In this document: piece by piece, positions 1 to 12,540 of the stretch
How positions within the stretch are numbered: the first letter of the stretch is position 1
How the letters are laid out: every line of letters begins with the position of its first letter
NCBI GenBank assembly: GCA_009914755.4
Contig: CP068257.2
Span: 37,376,001 to 37,440,000 of the forward strand
DNA length: 64,000 nt
Direction of reading: 5' to 3'
From: the human T2T-CHM13v2.0 reference genome, Homo sapiens
Program-made: the position numbers and the translations under genes
Notes under the pieces: model-generated
What the model saw: the letters and a program-made list of their open reading frames with translations, nothing else
Databases searched by the model: none
What the model was told of the DNA's origin: nothing

Positions 1-3000
1 AATCTGACTGGTGTCCTTATAGAAAGATACAGAGACCCCAGGATGCATACAGGAGGGGCCTCTGCAAGCTGAGGAGGGGACTCAGGAGAAAGCAAACCCA
101 CGGGTGCTTTGACCTTGAACTTGTGACGTTGAGCTTCCAGAACTCTGAAAAATAAACTCCTGCTGTTTAAACCCCCAGTCTGTGGTCCTCTGCCATGACA
201 GTCCCAACAAACCAATACAAAGACAATCAGAGAGCCAGAGGCCACGGGGCTCCTGCCGGTGTGGGTGCCTTAGGCAACACGCCCCATCCCTGGGGTCCTG
301 GGCGCACCAAACCCACCCCTGGCTCCTGGATACCACCTCAGGACCACAGCTCCATTCATCCAGAGGCCAAGTGGGCAGCCTGAGGCAGTAAGAAGAACAC
401 TCACTGGAATGAGCCGTTCAGGGCTTTGGGATCCCCTCCTCCAGGCAGCCTTCTCTGGCTGCAGCCACCCTCCTCTGAGCCAGGTACCCTGCACTACTCC
501 TCCAGGCTCTCAAAGAACCCTGGAGTCCCACGTATCAGAGCACTTTCCACACCGTGTGCTGACTTCCCGGCTCCCAGAGCCCAGCCCTAGGAGATCCTTG
601 TTCTGGGGCACGTTTCTGCCTTTCCTTATCCCTATCTTTCTCCTCCTCACTCAGCACCTGGCCCTCGATGAGCAGGGTTCTCATATTTAACAGCTGTCCA
701 CTGGTCATGACACCTGGGTGCTGGAGGGAGCAGGAGCACGGGCACTGAAGCCTGCTGGGCGGGGGGTCCAGATGCTACTGAGCGGAGAAGGAAAGGTGTC
801 TCGGCAGAGTGAACAGTGTGTGTGCCGGCCCAGAGGTGAGCCGCAGCAGCTGCGGTGGCTGGAGAAGTTCAGGAGGGTTGTGGAAAAAAGCAAGAGGAGG
901 TGGGGAGGGCTTCAGAGGGGGCTGGAGAGGTTGGTAAGGGCTAGGCCACCAAGGACCCTATGAGCAGTTCAGGGCTTTGGGATCTACTGAGAAGGGAACA
1001 ACCCTAGGGGTTCTCTGCAGGTTGCAAGCCCTCTGGCCCCCCAGTGGCCAGGGGTCTTCAAATCCCATAACCCCCACCCATGGTATTCTGCCCCTAAGGA
1101 TGTCCACGGATGAGAAGATTGGCCTTCCAAGATTCTCCATCAACCCCTCAGCGAGGCTTCAGCAGCACTGAGCCCAGCAGAGACTTCTGTAGCACCCGAA
1201 AGCCTCCTTCTGTCTTGGGAGCCTCATCTGATCTGCTGTATCATGCGTCCCTGCCCTCTCCTCTCTGGGGCCTCTTTCCTTCCATCATCAGGGGAACTTG
1301 CTCCCCTGAAAGGAGAGGGCCAAGATGGGAACATTGTACTATGTCAGCAGCCAGACACACAGCCCGCTGAGCTCCAAACAAAAGAAGTCCCAGGACCCAG
1401 GCACCTTTGTCAAAAGACAGCCAATGTAGCCTCTGTTCCAGGAAGGCTCCAGCCTGTGGCCTGTGGGGGTGAAGACAAGCTCCTGCACAATCTGGCCCAT
1501 TGGATATAAAACATCTATTCGACTTCGGAGAGGGGAAAATATATCACATTGCTAAGATGTCCTTGGTTGCAGTGAATAGCCCAGGGAGAGGTGGAACAAT
1601 TCATTCCAGAGACCAGCATGAGTGAGGAAGTTGACAAGGACAACGTGGGGCTTTCCAAACAAAAGAAGGAAGAGGCCAAGATAAGGATTTGGTACATTTG
1701 GCCAACAAATGGAGGAAATAATCATTTCCAAACCATTCTTGAATGTGCATTTCATCCATATTTATAAGAATGCAAGCCTGCACACGCTTTCCACCCTGTG
1801 TCACCCCATCATGGGCAGGGACTTGGTTTACAGACTTTTATATTTGCAGATGGCATCTCTCGTGCACATACATTTTGCGTATACTTTGACATAAATAAAC
1901 CCGGTTTGGTTTTAAGAAATTTTAAACAAGTGATGTAAAAATATTGAAATAAGATGCTAAGGTTTATTTGGAGTTCTCCTAGGATGCTGAAGAGGTGGAA
2001 AGAATAATTTCCAGAATGAAATAATTCCTCAAACATGTTAGACATTATATCAACTCTAGCACAATGCTATGTATGCAGCAAGAGGGTGATAGTATCTGTG
2101 ATTGGCTGAATTAATTAATCAATCTTAGGCATTCAACAAATATTTATTAAACAGTTAAATGAATGGAGGCAAGGGATAGGATTGGTGCATTTAAGTTCAC
2201 ATGTTAACAAACCCCCATAATAAGCTTCAGCAGTTGTACAATTTGTTGTTGGCATCCTAAGTTCTGAAATGCAATATATTCTACATTTTCTCCCCCTTAT
2301 TTCCTCTCCCAAAGTTTCTAAAAAATGAAACAAAACATCCGTGTGCATGAGTGATCCCTGGCAACCTGCCATAGTCCACATTCCTTCTCTCTGAGACTCT
2401 CTCTGATATTCAGTTCTTGGCCTCCACTTGTCCCCAGATCATGTCCAGACGGCTGCAGGCTCCAAATGCCCAGAAGTCAGCTAATCCCAGGATCGGCAAC
2501 AAACCTTGGCTCTGGGCAGACCTCTTACCTTTTCAAGAGCTTTTTCATTGGGTCTTTGATTTTATTTCACCAACTCTGTGAGTCAGGACAGGCATGTTCT
2601 CGTATTCTCACTCTCTTTCATACAGACACATACATGCACAAACATGAACACTTACCCCACATGCTCATGCTCACCTCATCCAAGGAACCCAAGGCCCTGG
2701 CGTCCAGAGAATGAGAGCTCCCGGGGCTAGCTGCTGAGGGTCAAGGCCGAAACCAGCTCAAGATTTCCTTCCCCCACCAGTGCCGTCCCTGTCCCCATGC
2801 AGGGCAATGGTCCACCCATTCCCAAGAAAAGGCCTCCAACTCCCTTCGTCCAGTTCCCTGCCCCTGGGCCTGTCCTCATTCTCGCTCTGCTGAAGTTGAC
2901 ACAGGCCTCGCTCCTGTGCAGGGGTGGGACGCGGTGGGGGAGCTACATTTAGACAAGGAAAGGGCCCCCAGGCTTCTGAGTGCGCGTACACACAGACAGG

Positions 3001-3180
3001 CCTCTGGGACATATTCTGGATGGCTCTGGGCAGATGGCTGTGTTTCCTCTTTTTTCCAGAAAAAAATTCCAGACGACGCAATGATCACAAATGCCAATAT
3101 CCTAGTAATTGATAGGACTGGATCACACTATGTGAAAAGAAAAGGCGCCCCACAGGCTTTATATACATGTGCGCCGTGCA

Positions 3181-3525
3181 CGCTCTCTCTGTCTCTAGCT
3201 CTGTCTCTGTGGACCTGTGTCAATGCTCTGTTGGTCTCTGTCTCTCTTTGTGTGCTTCTGTCTCTCTCTGTGTGCCTCTGTCTCTCTCTGTAGCTCTGTC
3301 TCTCTCTGCCTGTGTTCCCCTATGTCTCTGTCTGTCTCTGTCTCTCTCTGTAGCTCTGTCTCTCTCTGCCTGTGTTCCCCTATGTCTCTGTCTCTCTGTC
3401 TCTGTCTCTCTCTGCCTGTGTTCCCCTATGTCTCTGTCTCTCTGTCTCTGTCTCTCTCTGTCTCTGTCTCTCTGTGTGTCTCTCTGTCTCCCCTCTCCCT
3501 CTCTCTCTCTGTCTCTCACACACAT
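3181..3525. repeat. Pyrimidine-rich (CTCTGTCT/TCTC)n low-complexity tract with ~60-bp higher-order periodicity
   Basis: Seen directly: near-pure C/T strand for ~345 bp. The block tctctctctgtagctctgtctctctctgcctgtgttcccctatgtctctgtct recurs at 3281, 3341 and, partially, 3410. It explains the Cys/Leu/Ser-rich + ORFs at 3167-3652 and the Arg/Asp/Glu-rich - ORF at 3220-3534. Confidence 0.9.
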
Positions 3526-4065
3526 ATCCCTCACTGTGCGTCCAACTCAGCTCAAGCCCGTCTCCCTTGCACTTCCTATAAGCCCCTCTTGGAATGGCCT
3601 ACCCAGAAGGGGCACTCAAAAGTGGGGACGCATTAACTTTCAGAATATCTGACCTCGCCACATGACCTCAGCCGGACTCTGGGTCCAAGCAGGGAGTGGA
3701 AAATATCCCCAAGTGTAGCTGAGATGAGGCCTTGGAGTTAAGAGGTGAGCAGAGGAGAAGAAACCAGAGAAGAACATTAGAAAGAAGAGATTTGGAAAAC
3801 TTTCTTTCATTAAACAAATGCCCGCCATGGCCAAGCACCTTTTGTATGTGAGGTGCTGTTCTAGTCACCGGGCCTGCGGCAGGAAGGATGAGACAGCCCA
3901 CCCGCAGGAGGCTGACTGGAAGGGAACAGCCTCGGGAGACAGAGAAAGACAGGAATGAAGCGCTGGGCACAGCCAGCAGTAATACATGCAGCAGAAGAAT
4001 GAAGCAAGGTGAGGGAAGAAAGCGTAGGGGGTGCCTGCAAACTTAAGCAGTGAATTCATCCACCA

Positions 4066-4431
4066 GGGCTGCCATCACAAAGTCTGCAGACTGGGCGGCT
4101 TAAACAATACACATTTAGTTTTTCACACTTGTGGAGGCTACGAGTCTGAGATCAAGGTGCCGGCAAAGTTAGTTTCTCCTGAGGCCCCTCTCCTTGGCTT
4201 GCAGGTGGCCTCTTTTCCTCGCCAGGTCTTCAAACGGTCTTCCCTCTGTGTGTGTCCTAATCTCTTCTTATAAGGACACCAGCCGGATTGGATTAGGGCC
4301 CACCCCATGACCTTCTTTTATCTTAATTACCTCTGGAAAGACCCTATCTCCAAATTCAGTCACATTCAGAGGTGCTGAGGTTTGAGGCTTCAGCCTATGG
4401 ATTTTGGGGGACACGATTCAGCCCATAACAG
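4066..4431 (+). mobile_element. Ancient interspersed repeat, tentatively an old LINE-1 (L1M-type) 3'-terminal region
   Basis: Contains ttataaggacaccagccggattggattagggcccacccc...ccctatctccaaattcagtcacattcagaggtgctgaggtt...ggggacacgattcagcccataacag. This is recalled as the hallmark motif series of old L1 3' ends. Related copies sit at 25605-26068 and 32470-33046. The family name is from memory, not a search. Confidence 0.5.
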
Positions 4432-5262
4432 ATGTGGTGCAAGCTGGACACCCTCTGTGTGGACCCGCAGACCCACCCTTCCTGCTTTTCTTCTCTGCCC
4501 TTTGCCCCAGGACACCGACCTACAAAATGCATTTATGACTCCCTGCCTCCCAGCCCCATGAAGCGGGAGCACATGAAGACATGCCAAGGAGGGAGGAGGG
4601 TGTTTATCCCCGGCCCCTCCCTGCTTGCTTGCTTCAGGCAGGCAGCATCTCTCTACCCTGAGGCAACAGCACCTGTTAGGAGATGCACCTGCTCCATCCA
4701 GCTCTCTCCCCAGGTTCTGCTGATGATAATTGCTGCCTCCCCTTGGCCCTTCAGACAGAGCACTGGTAAGTTCTCCCCACTGTCTCTAGACCTGGGGTGT
4801 TGCAACAACCTAAACCCTGCCCCCAGCTTTGTAATAGTACCTTTCCTAAATTCTACTCTTAAATTGCCACATCTTAGTGGGCCATCCGACCAATACAGGG
4901 GGATCAGGCAGGAAGAATCAGAGAAAGAAAAAGGAAATCAAGAAAAAATGGTGTCCCAGAAGCCAAGATCATTTCAAGAAGTGGGGCATGATCTTGTGAT
5001 AAGAGTTGCAGAGGTTAAGAACTTGAAGAGAGGCCATGCATGTAGGAAGATGTGGGGGGCCCAAGCAACCCCAGTGGTTGGGGCAGTGGAAGGCAGGATG
5101 CTCATCAAAGCAAAATAAACTTAGTTAAGGAGAAGTAGGGGCAGATTTCATAGTCAGAAAACACACAACAACCTTATCCATGCCACAGTCCACATTCAAC
5201 AAGCACTTGTTGCCTTGAAGCCCTCATGACTCCCCAGTCCTGCGTGCAGGACACCCATGAAT

Positions 5263-5296
5263 GTGTGTGCATGTGTGTTGTGTGTGTGTGCATGCG
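5263..5296. repeat. (TG)n microsatellite, interrupted
   Basis: gtgtgtgcatgtgtgttgtgtgtgtgtgcatgcg is seen directly. Confidence 0.85.
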
Positions 5297-6264
5297 TATA
5301 TGGACACATACACAGACAAGTGAATGACCTGTGATATGGGGTTTTATTCAATTACTGTATATAGTATACAGATATCTAACTCCCAGAATGCAAGGCTGAG
5401 CAATAAATATTAAATAACAATAAATATTAATCTAGCTTTGACAATAAAGCCTTATTTATGAAAGCCAAACCTCTCCAAAGATATGTTTTATATTACTCCT
5501 TAATTTATGACACAATCTTTATATTTTTGTTATTTTGGCACTAAAGCCCTTTCTTTTTTAATATACTTTATTTTTAAAGCAGTTTTAGGTTCGCAGCAAA
5601 ACCGAGCAAAAAGCACAGAAAGTTTCCATGTACTCCCTGTCCCCGCCACCCCACATAAGCCTCCCTCACGATCAGTATGCCACACCATAATGTCCAGTTT
5701 TAAAATATGCTGCAACCCATTTAAACAACCATAGAACGTTCCCAAAATCTTCCTGACAACAAACAGCATGAATACGTGCCTACTGGCCGGGAGTGAGAAC
5801 CAAGAGGTTGAAGACTTTCTTCCATATTGTTCTCAAAGCCAAGACTTAGGCCTACAGCAAACCTCCAGCCACCTCCCTCTGCCTTGGCCGTTATGTCTTG
5901 ATAACCACAGCTGTATACTTCAGCAGTTTCAACCACTTACTTCCCAAGCCTACAAAATCTCCCTTTTGCTCCAGTTGCAAGGGGGGAGGCATTGGCTAAA
6001 GCAAATCATAGTCTCTGTGGGTACACCTGGGAGGCAATGAAACGCAATAGCTGAATGCCCCCATCCCCACAGAGACAGAACTATAGTAGCCTGCCATTCA
6101 CTCACACTGCAGAAACATCTTTGTCTAAGCATAACTTCGTCCAGCCAGTTACAGGAACAAGTGGCTTCATCTCAAAGTAAAAGTTAAAAAGAAAAAAAAA
6201 TTAAAGGAAACTGGGATCTTTTGGCTCAACTAGCCAGTCTTGCATCTGGAACTAAAATCAGAGG

Positions 6265-6430
6265 CCAGCCTCAAAAATGGACAAAGGACTTGAACAGATG
6301 TCTCTCCAAAGAAGGCATACAGATGGCCCGTAAGGACCTGAAAAGACCTGCAACATCACTAACCATTAGGGAAATGCAAAGCAAAACCACCATTTACTAC
6401 CGCTTTTCAACCATCAGGATACCTAGTGGG
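6265..6430 (+). mobile_element. Old LINE-1 (L1M/L1PB-like) ORF2 C-terminal fragment, part 1 of a split element
   Basis: aaaaatggacaaaggacttgaacagatgtctctccaaagaaggcatacagatggcc...ttagggaaatgcaaagcaaaaccacc matches the conserved L1 ORF2 segment. It ends at an A-rich linker and continues at 7629 after a nested insertion. Confidence 0.65.
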
Positions 6431-6455
6431 TTTCTTTTTTTCCATTCCTTTCTTT

Positions 6456-6472
6456 AAAAAAAAAAAAAAAAA
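6456..6472. repeat. A17 homopolymer (left half of the host L1's A-rich linker)
   Basis: Seen directly: ctttaaaaaaaaaaaaaaaaaac, immediately 5' of the nested antisense L1 fragment. Confidence 0.8.
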
Positions 6473-7597
6473 CTTTTATTTTAGGTTCGGGGGTACCTGT
6501 GGAGGTTTGTTACATAAATAAACTGGTGTGTCATGGGGGTCTGTTGTACAGATTATTTCATCACCCAGATATGAAGCCCAGTACCCAATAGTTATCTCTT
6601 CTGCTTCTCCTTCCTCCCACCCTCCACCCTCAAGTAGACCCCAGCGCCTGTCATTTCCTTCTGTGTTCATGAGTTCGTATCATTTACTTCCCACTTATAA
6701 GTGAGAACATGTGGTATTTGGTTTTCTGTTCCTGTGTTAGTTTGCTAAGAATAATAGCCTCTAGCTCCATCCATGTTCCCACAAAAGACATGATCTTATT
6801 CTTTTATATAGCTGCGTAGTATTGCATGGTGTATATGTACCACATTTTCTTTATCCAATCTGTCATTAATGGGCATTTAGGTTGATTCCATGTGTTTGCT
6901 ATGTGTGCATGTGAACAGTATTCCATGTGAACAGTGCTGCAGTGAACATTCGTGTGCACGTGTCTTTAAGGTAGAATGATTTATATTCCTCTGGGTATAT
7001 ACCCAGTAATGGGATTGCTGGGTCGAATGGTAGTTCTGTTTTTAGCTCTTTGAGGAATCGCCGTATTGCTTTTTACAATGGTTGAACTAATTTGCACTCT
7101 CACCAACAGAGCATAGGAGTTCCCTTTTCTCTGCAACCGTGCCAGCATCTGTTATTAATTTTTTTTACTTTTTAATCATAGCCATTCTGACTGGTGTGAA
7201 ATGGGATCTCACTGTGGTTTTGATTTGCATTTCTCTAGTGATCAGTGATGTTGTGCTTTTTTTCATATGCTTGTTGGCCGCATGTATGTCTTCTTTTGAG
7301 AAGTGTCTGTTCATGTCCTTTGCCCAATTTTTAAGGGGGTTGTTTTTCTTCTGTAAATCTGTTTAAATTCCTTATAGGTGCTGGATATTAGACCTTTGTC
7401 AGATGCATAGTTTGCAAATATTTTCTCTCATTCTGTAGGTTGTCTGTTTACTCTGTTGATAGTTTCTTTTGCTGTGCAGAGGCTCTTAGGTTTAATTAGA
7501 TCCCATCTGTCAACTTTTGCTTTTGTTGCGATTGCTTTTGGTGTCTTTGTCATAAAATCTTTGCCCATTCCTATGTACAGGATAGGATACCAAATAT
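6473..7597 (-). mobile_element. LINE-1 (L1PA/L1PB-like) ORF2 C-terminus plus 3'UTR fragment, antisense, 5'-truncated, nested in an older L1
   Basis: The + strand reads as the reverse complement of the L1 3' end: cttttattttaggttcgggggtacctgtggaggtttgttacataaataaactggtgtgtcatggg...cccacttataagtgagaacatgtggtatttggttttctgttcctgtgttagtttgc...gggtatatacccagtaatgggattgctgggtc...cattctgtaggttgtctgtttactctgttgatagtttcttttgctgtgcagaggctc. Confidence 0.75.
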
Positions 7598-7628
7598 TTT
7601 TTAAAAAGAAAGAAAGAAAAGAAGAAGC

Positions 7629-8290
7629 GTTGTCAAGGATTTGGAAACATCCGAACACTTGTGCATTGCTAGTAGGAATATAAAGTGGTACAGTGTCTGT
7701 GGCATGGTAATTCCTTGAAAAATTAAACATGGAATTACTACATCATACAGCGATTCCACTTCTGGATATCTACATTAGAAAATTGAAAGCAAAGACTTGA
7801 ACAGATATTTGCACAACAGTGTTCATTATTCACAATAGCCAAAAAGTAGAAACAACCCAAATGTCCATCGATAGATGAATAAAATGTGGTACATACATGT
7901 AATGAAATATTATTCAGCCTTAAAAAGAAATGAACTTCTGACTCATGCTGCAACATAGATGAACCTTGAGGATATTATGCTAAATGAAATAAGCCAGACA
8001 CAAAAGGACAAATACTGTATAATTCCATTTACATGAGTTACTGAGAATAATCAAATCATAGAGACGGAAAATGGAATCGTGGTTACCAGGAGATGAGAGG
8101 AGAAGGGAGGGAGGGGGTTGGTGTGTCATGGGTACAGAGTTTCAGTTCTGCAAGATAAAAAAAAGTTCTGGAGATGGATAATGGTGGTAGTTAGGCAATA
8201 GTATGAATGTCTTTAGTGCCACTGAATTGTACACTTAAAAAGGGCTAAAATGGTAAATTTTATGTTAGGTATTTTACCATGATTTTTTTT
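7629..8290 (+). mobile_element. Old LINE-1 (L1M/L1PB-like) 3' end, part 2 (continuation of 6265-6430)
   Basis: gttgtcaaggatttggaaac...attcacaatagccaaaaagtagaaacaacccaaatgtccatcgatagatgaataaaatgtggtacatacatgtaatgaaatattattcagcc...gttaccaggagatgagagg...ccactgaattgtacacttaaaaagggctaaaatggtaaattttatgttaggtatttt matches the old L1 3'-end consensus, colinear with the fragment at 6265-6430. Confidence 0.75.
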
Positions 8291-10258
8291 AAGTTCACTT
8301 AAAAAACATCAGGAGCCTGCACCCCTTTTTGCACCAAGTCTTCCCATCAGAGCAGGGACAGGCCAGGGAGGCTGCCTGTGTCACAGCCACAGGAGACAGT
8401 GGTTTCAGATGGGGATGGGTCCTGGAGACATGGACAACCTCATTCTCTCCTGTCCAATCTCTCACCAGGGATGACACGCAGCTAAGTGGTGGAGCCAGCA
8501 GCCAACCCAGAGACCCTTGTCCTTATCCATCTTCTGCTGTCTGTGCCCACAACCCAGTCTCCACCACTGTGCTGAGGTCCGTCTACTCAGGCCCAGGCAG
8601 ATCATGCACCATACATTCCTCTCTGTTCCTAGGTTCAATCTTTGCCTCAAATGCCCTTTGTTCTCTCGAGCTGGAAAAAGAACATCTGAGGAAGATATTG
8701 ATGGCTGACAGCAGGAAAATCAGAAGTATCTTTGCAAATTAGAAAATAAAGTGAAAGACCTCATAGATAACACTTTCTACAGAAACTCAGCTTTGTTTCC
8801 CTATTCTCGTCCCATCATTGTTACATTCCTGGCCCAGCTCACCCTCGGCACCGGGTGGCACAGCCCAGGAGTGAAACTGTTCCTCACCTCGACAAGCCGG
8901 GGGGACATACAATCCACAGAGCCCCCAGTTTATTTGGCCTCCCCGTAGGTTTCTGCTGCAGCCTGAGTGAGGTTTACATTTATAAGGAGACCCTCATTCT
9001 CAATCTTATAAGGTCCTCTTGGAATATTCCAGACAGGAATGGAGCTGACAAGATGCTTGGAAGGGTGCAGGGCTGCACGAAGCCACCTGTCCATTTCCCC
9101 ACCCTGAGACAGGGTCGCAGTGGATGAGCACCCGCTTTAGGGACATTGGAGGTGGGAAGCCCATTGTCACTCCTGTGTTGACATCACACGCTAGAAGGGA
9201 GTCTGTTTCCTCTCCCTGAATCCCTGACACTGCAAGGAAGTTATTTCCTCGAACTCTTGGGAAGTAGGGGAACTCCTGGCCACCAGCCTTTGTTTAACAG
9301 CCCTTCCTGTTGTCAAAGAGTGATGCCCCCACCGCCCCCTGGCTCTGCTGCAAAGCAGGTGATTTAACTTTGAGTCATCTGGGTGACTTCTCAGAAGCCA
9401 CAGAGGCTCACCATGGCCTGTCACAATGGGAAGACAGCTGAGTGTGAGACACATGGAGACCCAGCCTTGACCACCACTGGGGAGGACAAGCTCAGGAGAA
9501 GGAAGAGGAGTGACTGGGAGGGAGGAAAACACAATAGGACAGTGGCTCCACAACTTGAGCGCCACAAAATCCCCTGGGGCCTGTGAGAACACAGATGTTG
9601 GGGCACCTCCCCAGCATTTCTGATTCAGGAGGGCTGGGCAGGGCCTGAGAATCTGCATTTCCAATGAGTCCAGGGTGGCGCTGAGCCTACTGATGTGGGA
9701 TTGGATAAGGATGCCCCGTGCTGGACATTTCTGGAAGGGACCCACCCACCCTCTACTGCCTCAGGACCAGCCTTGGTGCCCACCCTCCTCCATCCCCACC
9801 TTTGTGCCCACAGCAGGGCTGAATCCTCCCCACACCCACCAACCACCCCATCTCTGCTGCTGCTGTGCTCTGCTCCTCGGACAGTCCTGGGTATTTCCGT
9901 GTCCTGCTCTGCTCTGCATCTCTGAACGCTGCCCCAGGCCTACACCCTTTGCAGGGGCCCTGACCTCCGTGATTTGCCAGTTACCTGCTCCTTATAAAGC
10001 CCCCACCTGCAACCTGACTGACAGACTCAGGGATCCTCGTACCTGCCTGTGATGTCTTTTCCTACCTAGCCTGACCTCCCATCTGCAAAACCCTCCCATC
10101 CTTGGATGCCCAGCTTCACATCCTCCAAGGACTCTCCTCTCCAAGACTTTCCAACTCCCAAGCGCCCACAGAGCAGTCACTGTTTCTCAACTATGACTTC
10201 TTATGAGTAACACTGAAAACACAGATTCCTGTCTCTACCAAAAACCTTTAAAAATTAA

Positions 10259-10406
10259 GAATTAGCTGGGTGTGGTGGCGTGTGCTTATAGTCCTGGCTA
10301 CTCCGGATGCTGCAGCAGGGGGATCGCTTGAGCCCAGGAGTTCAGGGTTGCAGAGATGTTGCCACTGCAGATTGAAACCCTGTCACTAAAAAAAAAAAAA
10401 AAAAAA
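10259..10406 (+). mobile_element. Alu right-arm fragment (AluJ-like) with poly(A) tail
   Basis: aattagctgggtgtggtggcgtgtgc...ggatcgcttgagcccaggagttcagggttgcag...ccactgcag...ctgtcactaaaaaaaaaaaaaaaaaaa. Confidence 0.8.
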
Positions 10407-12317
10407 TACATAAAATAAAATAAAAATAGGTAGATAGATGATTGATAGATATGAAGGTATGATACAGAGATATATGCCATACTTCATTGTTATTGAGTGC
10501 GTGCTTTTGCAAACTCATCCCCTATGCACACTGCCCCACCTCTCCAACCCAGATCTGGAATACATCCCCAGGCAGGAGCTCCAATAAGTCACTCATCTAT
10601 GTTGTATTATAGTAATTGTTTATACATATACAAACATAAATTTACACTTATTGTTACTATTTGTGTGTACATATGTTTATGGTAGGCAGAATAATATCCT
10701 CCCCGCCTCCAGCAAAATATGACAAAATAGGGCCATCTCCTAATCCCTGGAACCCATGAGTATGTTACTTTCCATGGCAAAAGGGACTTTGCAGATGTGA
10801 TCAAGGTTGAGATGGGAAAATTCTTCTGGACTATCCAGGTGAGCCCAATCTAATCACACGAGCCTTTAAAGTGGGGATCCTTTCCCCGATGTGGGCACGG
10901 AGAGGTGTGAGCATGGAAGGGTCAGAGACAGACGAAGGGGCCACCAGCCCAGGGGCAGGAAGAAGCCGGGAAGCACAGGAGAACAGAATCTCCAGAAAGG
11001 AGAGCAGCGCCGCCACCTTCACGTTAGACCCAGGAGACCTGGGTCAGATGGCTAGCCACCAGGAGTGTAAGATGCTAAGTTTGCATTGTTTTAAGCCACT
11101 GTGTTTGTGATAAGTTGTTAGAGCAGCAGCAGAACTAATACAGCGTGTGCGTGTGTGTGTGTCTGCATACACATGTGTGTGCACTTGTATCCCTGCTATG
11201 CCAGAGTTCTTAAAGACAAGATGCATGCTCAAATCACCTTTGTATCCCTTATGGAACCCAGAAGGAACCGTCACAGTGTGAACATATTAGTGTAATTCCA
11301 CCCATATATTAGTAATTCTTAAATGACACAGAATGTACATTGACCGGGGCTGACATTCATTTCTAAGCCAAGAAAAATGGTAATGAGGTGCAAAGAGGAA
11401 ACCTGTTGCCCTTGGGATTATCAAAATCTCTCACCTCAGAAGAGGCTTTCTGGGAGACGTCATGGCCCAAATCAGGCCACAAGGAACTGCGTCTCCGGCC
11501 TGTAATTATTTCCTTTGACAATGATGAGCTAGACTCATGCTGCTGCCAGTAGAACCCTAGAGCCACTGCACCTCCTTCCAGGGCCTCCACCTCCCACTGA
11601 TCCGGCCCAGAGGCAGAGCAGCAGCTACAAGGGCCAAGTCACAGCATGGGGCATCAGAAGACCCCAGGCCGGGCCCTACCCTCTAGCCCCTCACCCCTCT
11701 CCTTGCTGAATGTGGAAGCCAGCTAAGTCCAGGCAGGTGGTTGGAGGGATAGAGAAGGCCCAGGGAGGTTCTGGGTGCCAGACGCAGGAGAGGAGACCAA
11801 AGGTGGGGAGAAGAGGGTGTTCCCAGGAAGGAGACGCCCTGCTGGGAAACCCTGACCCCAGCCAGTGGCCAGGATGCCAGCTCTCTGCTGAGCCTAACAA
11901 GCCTGGTCGCACATACAGCATCGAAGCCCCAGTCCCAACCAGCTGGGCCAGGTGTGTGATGACATCACGGCTCTAATGACCCCGCCAGGTGACCAAAATC
12001 AACCTCGGGTCTGGGATAAAGAGTCACTGACATGATAAATACTGAAAGCCAAGCCGATAAGATGAAATGGGTGGGTGGTTTCCCTTAAAGAGTTACTGAA
12101 GGGTTGTCCAAGCCTTTGACAACCTTCATCAGATGAACAATTATTGGTTGCATGGTTGGTGCGAGCCAGGTGTGGATGCAAAGGTAAGCAACACGTTCCC
12201 TATCTAGGAGGAGGCAGAATAATTAAGATTTCTTGGGAATAAAATCTGACCCAGCTCCTAGCACCTGCTCAACAATCTTAGCTCTTTTATTTACATTTAT
12301 TCAGTCTCAGATTTGCT

Positions 12318-12540
12318 CCCCGCTTCCTGTCCCCATCCCTCAGCTTTTTCTTTTAGAGCAAGCATCTAGTCCTTCTCTTGATACCAATGCAAATAGCCGA
12401 GACCCTTCCATTCATGTAAGACCCCATCTTCTTCCACTGCTAAAGAACTCTTGACTTAGTACAACATAAAAGACTTAAATTGTTTTCGGTTTATCTACAT
12501 GAAGCCTGGCACTCTAAAATTTCCAAAGGATATGGAGTTG
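12318..12540 (+). repeat. Copy A of a ~222-bp dispersed direct repeat (partner at 14410-14631, ~91% identity)
   Basis: Direct comparison: cccgcttcctgtccccatccctcagctttttcttttagagcaagcatctagtcc...cactctaaaatttccaaaggatatgga aligns colinearly with 14410-14631. The flanks do not match. Confidence 0.85.

Noticed and set aside
2105-2175. Possible MIR 3' tail (…ttaatcaatcttaggcattcaacaaatatttattaaacagttaaatgaatgga)
   Set aside because: Only about 50 bp of loose similarity to the MIR tail motif (caataaatatttgttgaatgaatg) is present, too short and diverged to call without an alignment tool.
3181-3525. Considered whether the periodic repeats here and at 60766-61345 could be a CRISPR array
   Set aside because: The units are low-complexity microsatellite expansions without the conserved-repeat and unique-spacer alternation. 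The genome is eukaryotic, as Alu and L1 show, so CRISPR is excluded.
3167-3652. The Cys/Leu/Ser-rich + ORFs and the Arg/Asp/Glu/Gln repeat - ORF (3220-3534) resembling RD/RE-repeat proteins
   Set aside because: They are direct read-through of the (CTCTGTCT)n pyrimidine tract and its complement, a translation artefact.
4432-5118. The 228-aa ORF on the + strand
   Set aside because: It has no recognisable domain or motif. It runs across unique non-conserved-looking sequence adjacent to an old LINE fragment, and its length is within chance expectation for 64 kb of eukaryotic DNA with about 45-50% GC.
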